Positions 25,156 through 38,690 of a stretch of 64,000 bases of DNA are shown piece by piece (the stretch's first letter is position 1; each line of letters begins with the position of its first letter). The translations under genes were made by a program, and so were the position numbers. The stretch spans positions 8,432,001 to 8,496,000 of the forward strand of contig CP110439.1 in assembly GCA_026914245.1 (NCBI GenBank), written 5' to 3'. Under the pieces are notes generated by a model that was not told where the DNA came from, searched no databases, and saw nothing but the letters and a program-made list of their open reading frames with translations. The stretch comes from Puccinia triticina (Eukaryota).

Positions 25156-28100
25156 TCAAGTGTTCCAACAACATTGCTTGCGGCTTTGGATTTCTTGCTT
25201 CATTTGTGGGCACAATTCTGACCAAGGGGGGTGAGCAAATTTTTCATCTAGGGAGTTGACTGGCTTCTTCAAAGATTTTTTTTCCTGCGTGATACAGATA
25301 CAGCATTTGTTAGGGCCCATCGAAGTTGTGGTACAGGTTTTTGAATTGTGTGGTTTTTTGCACTTGTTGCAGAGTGGCGAGTTTTTGCACCATTGCGCTG
25401 TATGACCTAGCTTCCAGCAGTGGAAACATTGAGGAACCAATCAAACATAGTGTGCGCCTTGGTAGAGTTTGATTTGAAGAAATAGGCCTGTCTTCTCAAC
25501 CTTGAGGGCCATCTCCTTGTTACGTAATTGAATTACTAGTGAACCTTTTTTTTCCTTTGCCTACCGGGTTTCCCAGCCAACGGGCTGATTGAATCAATGA
25601 CAGGTCAATTCAATTCTGAGTTCCCAATTCTTGAAGATGCGTCTTGTCTGTTAGGGCCCAATTATAAACAGTTATCGAAGTTTTATTGTAAATTATTCCA
25701 CACTTGATTCAAAAAAAAAACTCTTAACTTTTTGTGGCAAATACAGGCCCAAAAATGTTTCAATAAAGCCTCAATAATTATGTACAATTATAAACCTGCG
25801 GCCACACAGCAAGGATTCCAAATTCCTGGCTGACACTGCCTGTTCCGCCCCCCCCCCCCCCGCCCAACCAGTGCCATCACCACAACCGCACGGCCTCACC
25901 CGACCAAATTGCTGCAAATGATCCCTCCTCCCCTCGACGCCACTCCTATTCATATGTATGCCATGTGGCAATGGCAGAGACTCCAGCAAATCCCAGAAGA
26001 AATCTACGTACGCGCTGGCCGGACCGCCTTCAAGAGGCCCAATCGCTGGGAGCCTTGGAATGACGACCGGATACCTGCCATGTGGCAATGGCAGCGACTC
26101 CAGCAAATCCCAGAACAAATCTATGTACGCGCAGGTCGGACCGCCTTCACGCGCCCGCCTTCTTGGGTCCGGCGCCGAGCGCAGCTGGCACAGTTGCTGG
26201 ACGTGCTGCTGGTGTTGCTAGGGCAGGAAGTGGGGCCTGCGGGTTAGGGAGACTCGCGGCCGAGTCGGTCCCGAGGCTGGGTATGAGTTGATTGAGACCC
26301 CCAAGGTTTGTCAGCGGGTAGTAACCCTGGGGAAGCTGGTTGGTGGCCAAAGGGTGGGCCGTTTGAAGCGTTCATCGCTGTTGTGTTATTTTTGGGATCC
26401 CTGAGATTGGATCGGGTAGGTATGGCGGGATGGATCCTGGTTGGAAATGCATCCGGCGGCGGGGCTGTTGCCAAATCTCAACTGCCTGCGGCTGTGTATT
26501 GCTGACCAACGGTACAACTAAAGTTCTACCGTTGGATTAGTGCTGTACAGTCTTGCATACATGTACTGTATGCCTGTAAGTCGTTTCAATAACAAAAATT
26601 TGAAATTTTTTGACCCCAAATGACCTCCTCGAGGTCATTTGGGCTATTTTGGAATCTGTACATAAAAAAAAATAAGACAAAAACAAATTTGAATGAATTT
26701 GGATTTTTTTTTCAATAAAATTCCAATAAGTGTTTATAATTGGGCCCTTAGTATGGCGTGGAGGATTACGGGAAATCAACTTGGGAATGTTTTGAGGTCG
26801 TTGCTGATTAGTTCAGTCCATATGTGCTTGTTGCTAAGGAGCCATCAAGCTTTTTCTAAAGGGTTTGTGTACATTTTGAGATCCTCCGATGGGAGTATAG
26901 CAATACCAACTGCCTCAATGACCTGCAAGTCAACAGTTGTATTAATTGAAGTCAAGACAGTGTTGATCCTGGCGGTTATTTCCAAAGCTGACAATGAATC
27001 AAAAGCCGTAAAACCCGGTGTTGTGATAAAAGAGTGTCGCCTGATAAGAATACGCACTGCGCCTCCTTCTAAGATAACTCCGGGTTTGAATGGTTACCAG
27101 CACTTGGTTTCCGCAATGTACAGACCTCTTCAGCACTCCACAATGAGCTTGATATGATCTGCCTAGTCTACGTAAGCTTCAGCTGTTCTGTTTGCAAGTA
27201 GCAAAACTCTGCAAGTAAGTAAGAATGTGTTTGGGTGGGAAAAACTCTCTGTGTTGTAGCAATACAAAAAAGCTCCACAAGTAAGTCTCTAACTACAATA
27301 ATACTGTAAAGTGAGTAGTAAGATAGGTTGACAAAGAGAAGAGAAAAGCCCTCCAAAATGTCCTTGTGTCTCCACTCCCTCCACTTGCATGACTCCACTC
27401 CCAGCCAACATTTCCCGCATCCTTTCTTTCCTGCACTTGTCAAACTCCGCATGCATCACTTCCCAGCCTAACATATCTCCAACACTTGTTCTACCCCACC
27501 CTCTGACTAGCCTCCGACCCCAGTCTCTACCTGGCGCATCTGCCCCAAAGTCATCAGCTTCCACTGCCCCAGCTCACCTGGTGCCGGTCCGCACTGTTCA
27601 GTCCGTCTGTGAGTCCTGCCAGAGTCCTACTCCAACCGTTCCGCTAAGTCCACTTGTCCAGAGCGTGGCTCAAACCCCGGTTCCCTTGTCCCTGTGACAA
27701 GTCCCCAGTCCCGCAGCTTCCCCGTTAGCCGGCTTTCCGCGTGCCTTCTCAGCAGCACATTCAAGGTTCCACTCAGTCTACATATCAGAGGCATAAGCAT
27801 GCATTCTTATCCCCCTTGTTTGGATATGTAGAATGAGCATTTGCTCAGCCGCCCCAGTACATTCCCGCATGTGCTGCTTTGAGCGGACATTCTATGCTGC
27901 TAGCCCCATATAAATTGCCACACCAGTGGTGTATTCATGACAACACCAGCCTTCTTGTATTTGTTTATTTCCTTGTTTGAGGGTGCCAACGGTGGTTGCT
28001 GTCCGTTTGCATATTTTGTTCACTTCTTGTTGTTTTCTCCTGCAACCGCAGCCCAGGTGGCAGGTGTGGGAGGAGCTGTGACTTGTGTTCAACATTCCAA

Positions 28101-28370
28101 TTGGTCCAAATGTTCAGCTATCTGTTCCAAAAGTGTAGTTTCTTTTTTAGTTTTGTTTGCTGTACTAGTGGCTTCTGCTGCAGTGTTGATGTTGGGGCGG
28201 ATCTTTGCAAGAACAGTCTGAAGTTGGAGGGTGTTCTGTAGCACATGCATCATTTGCTTGAAGTTAAATGGTTCTTGTCCAAAACTGTGTTTGTAAGAAA
28301 TTGGTAAAGACTGTTGGTGATCTGAATGGCTGACTGAAGGGGTGTCTCCGGTTGAAATACTTTAGGTGTA
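25156..28370 (-). pseudogene. Fragmented LINE (non-LTR) ORF1/gag-like remnant
   Basis: C-terminal zinc knuckles CFHCWKLGHTAQWC and CNKCKKPHNSKTC. Upstream pieces at 26750-27060 (ILPSEDLKMYT, with stops) and ~27930-28000 (PSNKEINKYKKAGVV). Interrupted by insertions. Confidence 0.65.
25654..26747. mobile_element. Non-autonomous PIF/Harbinger element with internal cargo
   Basis: TTA TSD on both sides and ~38-bp terminal inverted repeats (TIRs) gggcccaattataaaca...tgtttataattgggccc. Confidence 0.88.
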
Positions 28371-28863
28371 GGGCGTGGATCTGGGGCAGGGGATGGAGGA
28401 ATGATGCTTAAATTTTTTGTCTATTGAGTGCCTTTTTTGAAAAACCTAAAGTGAGATTGTTGTTTGTTCTGGAGCCTGGCATTTGTATCACATACCAACC
28501 TTCCAAATGACATGCCTCTGGTGTACATAACCAAACAAAACACCAACAAAAATTTACAATATGTATATAAACATTTTTGGACATGATTAAAACAAGTATC
28601 TATGTACTTACATATATGCCTATCAGCATCTCGGGCTTCTATCACCATGGCCCGGCCCATCTCCCAAGGACCCTGGCCCAAATGGACACACATGTGCCCA
28701 TAACTTTACAAAGCCTCTTGTGTGGGGAGCAGCAGAGAGCACTTTGAGTCTCCACAGGAGCACTTATCCTACATAACTTCAAGCCAGAGTGACTCAAATA
28801 TCAAGAAAAAAATTGATTTGGATACATGATGCTTTTGGTCAATGTGAATAACGTGACCTAATA

Positions 28864-29062
28864 GGGGGGTTCACAAATGAAATTTACAAAACTTTAGGAC
28901 ACATTTTAAGGTGGTTATGAACATTTTTTTAAAAAATTGATAAATTGCACTGATCCATCAGTATCACCTGCTGCTGTGCATTTCCCCAAAATTTTAAAAT
29001 TTTGTTCATAAAGGCCTTAAATTTGGCTCCAAAGTTTAGTAAAATTCAATTGTGAACCCCCC
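28864..29062. mobile_element. ~200-bp MITE
   Basis: TIR ggggggttcaca...tgtgaacccccc with longer imperfect arms. TSD is ambiguous (TA or AAT). Lies ~200 bp downstream of an effector candidate. Confidence 0.75.
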
Positions 29063-29258
29063 TAATCTATATAGTGGAGTAAGAATAAGGTTCCCTTGAA
29101 ATATTCTGTCTAGTCCATTGGGTTACAAATTTTTCACTCTGAGAGTCAGAAAGTGAACAGCAGGTTCCAGCCTCCACAAAGATTATATGTCTTACTGCCC
29201 CAACTCATGCTGGCAGCGCTGTTTTGTGCATTCGGGCACTATTTGCCATAGTTTGTAA

Positions 29259-29850
29259 TTATTTGCAATCCTGTGGAAAATTTGTGAAGGGCAATTCTTT
29301 GGGGTTATAGTTATGGCAATGTCGGATGTATTTATCGGAGGATTCTCCAAGTTCAAAGATGGTCGGACCCTTGAGGGGGTTCATTATTGGAGACATTTGG
29401 GTCAGCTGAGTGTGGCTTTCAGTGAAGCGAGTGACGTGACGCGGAACTCTGCTCACTTGATCAAGAATGCGTTGTTTGTTTTTATCAACGTGAAAATTAA
29501 GGGTAAAAACATCACAACAAGTGGTGATGTCCTTTCGGGTCTCGATGCAATTGAAATAGCTGGGATGGTTTGCTGTTGGATGGGCTTGTACCACTGTTGA
29601 TTTCACCCGGACAACGGACGTTTCAGCTTCCAGCTCGTTCACATCTGTGTGAGCAGAAACCTAGGTAAAAATCACACTCACTTTCCCATTTGGATGGTCC
29701 GCGCGTGTCCCGGCCGATAACATTTGCGCAAACTCCGACTGGCCTGTCTGGATCGGGGCAACTAAAAGTGCACTTCTTTTTTATGTCTTGCCCAGATGCC
29801 AACGCACAAGCCATGATCGCGAACGCTATCAATGATTTTAGAAATGGCAT
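29259..29850 (-). CDS. Small secreted cysteine-rich protein (effector candidate), ~138 aa, 3 exons
   Basis: Signal peptide MPFLKSLIAFAIMACALASG. Exons 29850-29682, 29593-29457 and 29369-29259 splice in frame via GT-AG. 8 Cys in the mature part, with an FxC motif (YFNC). Confidence 0.82.
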
Positions 29851-30615
29851 CTAGTTCGGGTGAAAGTAGAAAGTTCGGGAGGTGAGCCGAGATTGGGGTA
29901 GGCAAAAAAAAGCTGCAAAGACCTTGCTTTGTAGTATACTCTGTAATTAAAGCGAGTCAAAAGGTATATTGTTGTGAGTGAGAAGTGTGATGGGATGAGG
30001 AAGGATGAGAGCGGTAGACTCCTCCCATTTAAGGCTCCATCAACCTCCGTGTGTCGTATCCACCCCCGTCATTCAGAACCAAGCAAAGCAGTTGCCGTTG
30101 CGCCCAGTGCCGCCAGCCAAGCCCTGCGCCGCCAGTGTGTTATGTGTACTGGCGCTGAATGAGTTTGTCAAGTCCTGTTCCTTCTCTACCGCCACACAAA
30201 TAGTTCGTTTGTCCATTACACATGATATGTCTGCGAACACAGAGACAGGGTGCGCAAATCTTTCGCCTCAAGTTCCTGATGTCATGGCCGGCTGGTACAT
30301 GCTACATATGTAAATACACCATGTCGGACGGAAGCAGCGCATGAGATGGCTGATACATAATTTCCAGAAGAATTTAATCCACTGGTTAACCAGCATCAAA
30401 GATGTACACAAATATGTACCGGGGGGCAACGTGCGTATGGTTGTCAGCTTGTCGGCGCCACTTTGGAAATAGCCGGCGCCTTAAAAGGCCAGATCTGTTC
30501 GGCCTGTGTGCGCCGCAGTCGGCTGGCCGCCGCAGCACGCTGCGCATAAGTTCTCCGATGGCCAGCCAGCCCGGCCTCCGCCCGGCAGCCGCTCCGCCGC
30601 CACGGAACCCACGGA

Positions 30616-32887
30616 ATGAGCTCATCCGTCCACTACCTCTGCCCCCACACCACTCCCATCTCCGCCATCCCGCCCCAGTTCGCCCAGCCAGCATCGTCAG
30701 TCGTCGGCATCCACTACCATCCACTCTCATCCCTCCTGTTTTGCGAGGAGTGCGATGCGGTGCGATGCGAGCAGTGTGTGAGCTGCGAGCTGAACTGCTA
30801 CTACTGTCCAAACTGTCTCTTCGAGGTCCCGGCAGCCAACATTCGCTCGCAGAAGAATAGGTGTGGGGTAGTTATATTCATTCGCTAAACCGTGCTGTAT
30901 ACATCTGCCGAGACTGAGCCGGCTGACTGATTGCTGTCCATCCTCAGATGCGCCAGGAACTGCTTCCTTTGTCCTCAGTGCCACCACACTCTCTCAGCCG
31001 TTGCCACCGACCCCCCTTCGAGCTCGTACGGCGATGATCCTAAAGCGCCTCAAGCAAGTCTCGGTGAAGCCCCGTTCTTTCTATCCTGCACATTCTGTCG
31101 GTGGGATAGTAAGCAGGTCGGAATCTCGTTCGAAAAACCCACGTTTCTAGCGCGTAAGTATCCCCTCGATCAAGGAAAATCAAAACAGCAGATGCTCACC
31201 TACTCTCCCTCTTCTGTTTGGACTCAGAACAATTGCACCAGGCAGATTCATCTCCCTCGGAATTACTGGAATTCGATAAATTGAAAGAACATTTTGAAGG
31301 CTACCTCAAATCCCAAAGTCAAGCTCAACCATTATCAGCATCGCATCATGGACATCGTCTAGGCGGAAGTATAAGCTCTGGATCACCAGCCCATCAAGCC
31401 GCCTCACTAGCCCTATCCAAGGAAGTCCCAACGGTGTCTAGATACGGTACTCAACTGGGTCTGTCGACTTCTGTCTTCAAACTTCGCTCGAACAATTCGC
31501 TCTTGAACAGCTCTTCTGCCGCCATGCCCGCCAATCTGAACCATGACGGAACATGGAAGGAAGACGTGCCAGTCTATGAATCACTCTTCCCGCCCGGTGG
31601 TGCCAAAAAATCAGCGCTCAAAACCGACTCAGATCGGCTCGCATTCTACCATAATGGTAATCAAGATGGGCCATCCGCTCAGGAGAATGGCAGTACTCTG
31701 CTCATCGAGCAGCTCACGCCGATCGAGAAGAAGTGGGACGAAGCCTGGGACCATCTCGATCGTGCCCAAGACTTGAAACCAAGTCGGGTTCCACTGCGAT
31801 CGAAGCGAACAAAGAGATGTCCGACCTGTCAGCATATCCTCATCAAGCCCGAACAGAAGGCACAGTCGATCCGGTTCAAGATCAAGCTGATTGCCTCGAA
31901 CTATCTGCCTTTGATCGAACTCCATCGGAAACGGATGACCTCGACCAAGCTCGGCACCGATCGTCTGACGTCTGGAATCAGCGCTGCACGCAAGAGTGCC
32001 GCCGCAGGCCGGACTGGAACGGCAGCCGGCAGCAATCCGCTCCTCGGGCGTGTCGGCGAGACACCCGACGAGGTGATCCGGCCGGACCGCAAGTACCACT
32101 TCGAGATGACCTTCGTCAACCCGCTTTACGAGCCCATCAACGTCCGCCTCTCCATCCCCAAACCCGCGCCTGTCCCCTCGTCCGTCGAGGGAGAGCCGGA
32201 CCAGACTCCGTACAGCGTCCAACTACTCGCCTCCGAATTTACCATTGCCGCCTTTGCCGAGGTTTGGGAGTACGACGAAGAAGATGAGGCTGAGGGCGCA
32301 GCGAACGAGGAGAATGTCGAGCAGAAGGATGCCGACGAGAACGGGACCCTGAAACGCAATCGACTCAGTACATTCGGCTTGCCCGATTCCGTCAGGCGTA
32401 GAACTCTCCAAACTAATGTGGTCACCAAGAAAGCTAATCGGACCACGATCTTGGTCGAGGCCAAAACAAGTAAACAGTATGTCGGCACGCTTCAGGTCGG
32501 TTGGATTTTCTCCGTTACACATAATAGAATTTTTTTGTTGATGATGATTTGGATACTTAGGCGGACATGTTGGTGACGTTTACGTATCAATCGGATGATC
32601 TGAATGACGAGCTAGAAGAGTCGCCAACCCGGCCGACCACGGCGAGTGCGTACTCGAGTCAGAAGCGAGCAGGAGGGAATGAGCGAGACGAGGTGGGTGG
32701 TGAGGGGATGGACGGGGATGAGTCAGGAATGGAGAACCAGAAGTCGTTCACCTTCTGGACTAAACTCACCTTCGGCGAGGTCGTTCCCCCTCCAAATCTA
32801 CAGCCCTCTGGCTCTACAGCTCCGGCATCAGCTTCGGCTCCTGCTCCCTCTCTTAACATTACGTCTTCCGAACCCAAAAATCGCTAG
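30616..32887 (+). CDS. Dynactin p62 subunit (DCTN4 family)
   Basis: N-terminal Cys cluster LFCEECDAVRCEQC...YYCPNCLFEVP...NRCARNCFLCPQC, plus CTFCRWDS, LRSKRTKRCPTCQHILIKPE and TFVNPLYEPI. Introns at 30861-30947, 31154-31227 and 32496-32560. Confidence 0.9.
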
Positions 32888-34216
32888 CGATCGCTGTCCC
32901 CTTTCTATGACTTTTATCCAGTCCGCCGTTCTAATCTCCATTCTCAAAAAGGTCACCCGTGTACTCATGTTTTCTATCTTTCTGAAGGCTGAATACAAGC
33001 CTTCAGAATCGAAATTTAATTTATTCCAACTTTCTCGCTTTGATAAAACATTATAAGGAAAGGGAGCTCCGCCTTGGCTTGATCCCGTCGACATATTACA
33101 GCCAAAACAAGCAGAAGTACTCAGAGGTTTATTATTTGAGGTGGTCTATCAGACACCTTTCTTCAGAAGTTTGGGCTGACTTCGTCACCATCTTGTTGTG
33201 TTTTTCCCTCAAGATTCAGGGCAATCCAAATTCAAGTATGTGATCAATTTGTTTCGTATTTGTTTCAACTACTCCAACTGGCCTCTGGAAAGCTGTACTA
33301 AATAGAACTCGTACCTAAATGTAAGACTGATACCCGAGCCTGAACTCCTACCGTGAAAATAATTATAGCACACATGACCCACTTGAATCGAATTGTCTTC
33401 GACAACGGTTGCCTGGGGTATTTCTCAGTTTGCCATGGCGTCCCAGGAAGTGCAACTCGCTCCGAGTAACTAAACCATCCATGGTTGCAACATGATTACG
33501 TGTTCCTCGTCGCACAGAAACCTTTCATCGTTGGAAGGTGCCCGGGCACGTTTTGCGAGATCAGCGACCGGGGTGCACCAGATAAACTTAATTTTCCTCG
33601 ACCAGAATGTCCCAGTTTGCTAAGGCATCCCAGGACGTGATTCCTAGATACGGACCCAAACAATCGGCCGGCAGGAAGTAAGAGAATACTTCTGCGGGTT
33701 GACTGGTGCAGCTTCCGTTGCCGTGCTACTCGTTCCGAAGACAACTTCAGGTTTCTGGAGATGGGTATCCTTTGACATCCGTGCAACCTTGGGAAGCCGG
33801 TCAACAGAGCCTGTCGCGAATCCAGTGACCGGATAGACTGAGATGAACCTGGCGGTGCACAGGCATAGGGACCGAGTAGAAAACTTGCACGCAGCGAGAC
33901 CGACCGTCCACGACTGTTGTTGTTGGTACTGCACAATCGACAACGGCATGAGTTATGACTTACGACTCAATGTTCACAATCACCACCCAGCTAGCCAGCT
34001 CACAGTAAAGCCCTCGCAGGCCATCGCTCGTCAGACTGGCATAGATTGCTTATAAAAAGCCTTGCATCCTGATGCATATCCATCTCCCACATCCCAACCA
34101 AAAAAAAAAACAAAAAGCACCAATCTAATAAGTTTCTCAATCTTCAGCCGCAGTTAATAAATAAAACAGATAAGTCTAGATATCAGCGTCTGTGTTGATA
34201 GGAAAAAGCTCAAATC

Positions 34217-34773
34217 ATGCGATCCATAATCTCAATGCCCTTGAAGGCATTATCACTGCTCCTCATCCTGGTTTTCATATTTCCGCTGGTTTCGGGCCAT
34301 CCTAAGAAACCCTGCGCAAAGCCTGGTGACAAAAACCCCGGCGGCGAACGGGTGATACCGAGAGGCGCTTGCAAGGATCCCAAGTTCCCACGTAATATAT
34401 GTACTACTGTCAAAGCCGGGACCGAGGACAATGAGGTACCGGACACAGGAATAGGTAAGAATTCTAACTATGTGAAAAGGTCATCCTTCCAAACTTCTAC
34501 CAAATCTAACTAGAAATGGATTACAGCTAGTCCGCCTGGGGGAGGACAGAACCCCAATGACTTTCCTTGTGGAAATCTTGAAATCAGATTTCCAATGTGC
34601 TGTACGGGTACAATTGTAAGCAAAATAGTTCATTTTTATTCTGGGTTTGTTTTACAAGGTCATGATGATGAACTAAACAACTCAAATAATCACCACAGCC
34701 AGTCAGAACAGGAACAACACCTACAGATCCAAAAGATACTAAAAAGGATTGTAGAAAAGCCACTCCCCCTTAG
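34217..34773 (+). CDS. Small secreted cysteine-rich protein (effector candidate), ~133 aa, 3 exons
   Basis: Signal peptide ...LSLLLILVFIFPLVSG. Exons 34217-34454, 34527-34615 and 34699-34773 are in frame. 7 Cys with an FxC motif (DFPC). TATA-like tataaaaa at 34051. Confidence 0.82.
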
Positions 34774-35629
34774 ACCAATTAGATGGGAGGTACGCAAGGG
34801 ATTTATTATCCAAGCCTCATTCTGCAGTTTATTTTATGGCAATTTGCTGGTAATGGAAAATCCCTGTCTCCTTTTATCATAAATGATTTGGATAAACAGG
34901 TCTTTCACTCCAACATGACTTTGAGCTGTCTAGGTTCAGAATTTTCTAGAATGATTATTTCCCAGTTAATTGTTTATATGTAATTAAATCCCCTCCCCCC
35001 AATTGTTCACTTCATATGGACTGGATCTGAAAGTTTCTGAGAACTATACTACCACCCCATAGTTACCAAGCACCTGTACATTCCTTATCTCATGCAGACT
35101 GGATCTGTAAATGAATGTTAATCACAACCTTGTTCCACTTTCACATGCATGTCTTTGGAATCTTTGTTTTTTTAAGCTTTAGGTACTCCAAAAGATTAAA
35201 CTCCCTTTAATCTTGCTTCATATCCTCATAACGTTTACTGTATGTGCTCATTTTGTGAATTTACTATTATGAGCATAAGGGCCTTAAGATGTACATAGCC
35301 TGCCACATATATTGTACAATCTGTACACTCATAGTTTGAGATGCTGGAAATACAGACAGCTTCCTCAGCCTGTGATCTAGCAACTTACAAACCAGAACCC
35401 CAAACCCCAGAAACCAGATCCTTCAGACCCTGTCTTTCTTCCCTCTAGAAGTGAGCATAACATTTACTGCATAGTAATTCTGCATATTCTCAGATTTGGT
35501 GATAAAAAGAAACATATTCTATTCATTTGAATTGCATATAATCACCCAGTTTATGTTGGGTATTCACCAGCAAAATTCTAATCATATCAAATAGGATCAA
35601 ATGCACTTCAAATCATGTTAGTCATTTGT

Positions 35630-35810
35630 TTTTGTGTATAATCTGCTCTGGCACCAGCCTGTGCCGGCCATTAGAATGGCAAATGGACATGTGATATTTA
35701 CTTATGCCCGTTGAACTGAATTTTGGAGGGGCTGTGTACCCAATCCATGAGTTTTTGGCAGGTTGAAAATCCCTGGAGGGTGTTCTCTGGGGAGTGGGAG
35801 CCTGCACTCA
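35630..35810. repeat. Fragment of the 23777-24981 foldback family arm
   Basis: gggctgtgtacccaatccatgagtttttggcaggttgaaaatcc matches 24661-24704. Confidence 0.6.
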
Positions 35811-36728
35811 GGTTATTTTTTGTAATTTTTTCCTTCTTTTTGGGTCAGCCTAAAGGCACATCAAAGTTTTACTTGTTGCATGCCATTTTTTGGCATGTGT
35901 GGGTGCGCCAGGAAAATTGGTGTAAATGGCCAAACAACACCAATTTATTGGCGTGCCGGGCCGCGTACGCCAATAGTTGTGGCGTACGTCTCCCCGCGCA
36001 GCAAATCTGCCGGTAAAGTTGGTGTTCCAGCCTCAGGACGCCAAAAAGTGGGGCGTAGAAAATTGGCATGCCCACCCTTTGGGTGTGCGGATTGGTCGCA
36101 TGCCCAATAGAATTGTGCGCTCCTCCATATTTCTTTTGGAGAGCTGGTAGAAAACCAGCCCCAGGTGATCTACCAGATCACCTGGAAGAACACTCTATGG
36201 GGGCTCACCTGAAGGAATATGTAGCTCTTGGCAAGCTAGACCTTTGAAAAGGCCACCAAGGGTGTTTTTCCCAGAGAGCTGGTCAAAGTTGGTCCAAAGA
36301 TCAAACTTAGCTATCATTAATTTATGTAGGCCTGAGAGGAATGGCTAAAAACACCATTTCCAACAAATGTTGCAATAGCTCCCTTACCTCCAAAGATTTC
36401 ACCAAGATTTCTGGATATTAGGAAAGCCAGCATCTTGTCTAATTTTTGATACTCTTAGATCATCACATTTTCTCATTAATTGCTCATACTAACCCATTGA
36501 AGATGGAGGGTTGCAAAAGCCAAGCCTGAGGGCCTATGAAACACCATTGTTAGTGCAAATTCACTCATTTGCCTTGAGAAAAAAAGACAGGTATCCAGGA
36601 CTGATGTCCATCTTTTTCAAAAAACTTTGTGAGAATATGCATTTGGGCCTATTAACTCAAGATTTCAAGGGAGCTCATTTGAAAAACAGTTATACCTTGA
36701 CTGTTTTTGCCAGTATGTCATTTTGTTA

Positions 36729-38348
36729 GAGGCAGGCTTGAGGCACACCAAAAAATTCCCAGATGCACACCAAAAAAGGCATGCACTCCTGACCACTCCA
36801 AGATTTTTGGAGTGCAGGATGGTTCACTCCAAAAGCAGCCCCCATTTGGAGTGCACAACCCTGCACTCCAGGCTGGTATGGAGTGAACACCTGGGCACTC
36901 CAAAACCAGCACTCAATGGACAGTCTGCGCCGCCCACCAAGGGCAGTACATATCCTGCATGATGACCGGCACAGACCGGTCATCGAGAGGACAAAAACAG
37001 CACTCTCAATGACCGGGACCAGCCGGTAATCGAGAGGACAAACCCAGCACTCTCAATGACCGGGACCAACCGGTCATCAAGAGGGCTATGTCTGTCCTCT
37101 TGATGGCTGGTCTTTTCCGGTCATCAAGAGGGCTGTGTCTTTCCTCTCAATGACCGGTTGGTCCTGGTCATTGAGAGTGCTGGGTTTGTCCTCTCAATGA
37201 ACAGTCAGTCCCGGTCATCCAGAGTGCTGTTTTTGTCCTCTTGATGACCGGTCTGTACCGGTCATCAAGTGGGATATGTACTTCCCTTGGTGGGCGGCGC
37301 AGACCGGCCATTGAGTGCCCGGGTGTAAAAGAAATGGAGCAACTGAAACATGTATTTCTCCATTAGAGTCTAGGTACAATTTTAGGGATAAAGAAAACAA
37401 ATGAGAATCTTTATCTGTGTACCTGAAAGCAGGCTAAGAATTGCCTATGGCTTGAGTGAGTTTGAGTGAGTTGGTAGAAAAGATGGCGAGGGGCAGTGGT
37501 TGTCGTAGATCGTCAACTGCAGTGCAACTGGCCGCAATCTCCTCTACATCAGTTTCTTTCTATCTTGTCTATGCGGCTACAAGACCTAGGCTTACGAGCT
37601 TGCGTTTGCTATTGCAGTCGCTTGGTCTTGTCCTGGGATAAAACGTTATCCGCTGTTTCTTGAGCTACGCAACGAACGGGGTTCGGACGTGCGTTAGCTT
37701 TAGGTCTGATCTGTTTAGTTGAATCTTCTCTAGTGCTTACGGTTAGCTCTAGTGGCTTCCGTGATCCTGTAGAGCAGTTTGGCTTGGTTTTTGTGTCTGA
37801 TGCGTTCCGCAAGAGTGCTACGACGGAACCGGACTTATGTCAGTTCTTACGAGTAAGCCTGCATAAATCTAGCCTCAAGTACTCACAGAGTTCTTGGTTC
37901 TGTCTGCGTCTTTGGGTTGCTTTGTCTGTTGACCAATAAGGTTTTGGCTGGGGCTTTGGCTTCTGTGGTCGACGTGGCGATACACAGGTTAGCTTTTCGC
38001 CTGGGTTAGGTTTTAGGTCTTTGGACTGCGAAAGGGGCTTAGGCTTACCTTTCTGTGCAGCTGGGTCTGGGTGCTTTTTGAACCTCGCTAGCTTCCGCGG
38101 GGGTTGCTGCGGGTCTGGGTCTGGGTCTGTTGCAAGCTTCCGCAAAGGTCGCTGCGGGTCTGGGCCTGGGCCTGTATTCCTACAGGGTGTTCACTGCATA
38201 CCAGCCTGGATTGCAGGGTTGTGCACTCCAAATGGGGGCTGGTTTTGGAGTGAACCATCCTGCACTCCAAAAATCTTGGAGTGGTCAGGAATGCACACCT
38301 TTTATGGCGTGCATCTGGGAATTTTTTGGCATGCCTAAAGCCTGTCCC
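36729..38348. mobile_element. Foldback-type non-autonomous DNA transposon with an inserted LTR-like sequence
   Basis: ~165-bp outer inverted repeats (36729-36892 vs 38186-38348), an inner palindrome at 36910-37320 with the gatgaccgg core, and flanks ttttgtta/ttttttta. Confidence 0.78.
37324..38184. mobile_element. Probable solo LTR inserted in the right arm of the foldback element
   Basis: tgta...taca ends. It breaks the arm symmetry at cccggg|tgtt. TSD is ambiguous. Patchy similarity to ~44660-44730. Confidence 0.55.
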
Positions 38349-38690
38349 TTTTTTTACTACACAACTTGTATCTTGGGTTTGGGAAGGAGAAAAATGCATA
38401 CAAATTTGGCAGGAGATAGCCAGGCATCTGATGAGTCTAATTGTAAATGTAGAAGTTGATTACACCAAGATGGTGCCGTCCAAGGGCCTCAGCATAAAAA
38501 AGTAAGGATTATTGGCATTTCTCTCAGGCAAATTTCACCAATAAGGCATAAGTCCCTCTCAGAGCTTGGGAGGGATGCGTTTAAGTTTGACCAAAGATAT
38601 TGTGAGAAAACCCACAAAAGGATAGACAGAAATTTTTGGGATAGAATAAAAATAATTTTTCTTTCAATTTCAATTTCACTTGTAAACAGA

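Noticed and set aside
27117..27699. Solo LTR within the LINE remnant
   Set aside because: TG...CA candidates exist but there is no matching TSD, so boundaries are unsupported.
33430..33950. Third degenerate effector paralogue (FPRPEC followed by a gtaag donor)
   Set aside because: It needs frameshifts and a stop read-through, and no signal peptide or CC exon was found.
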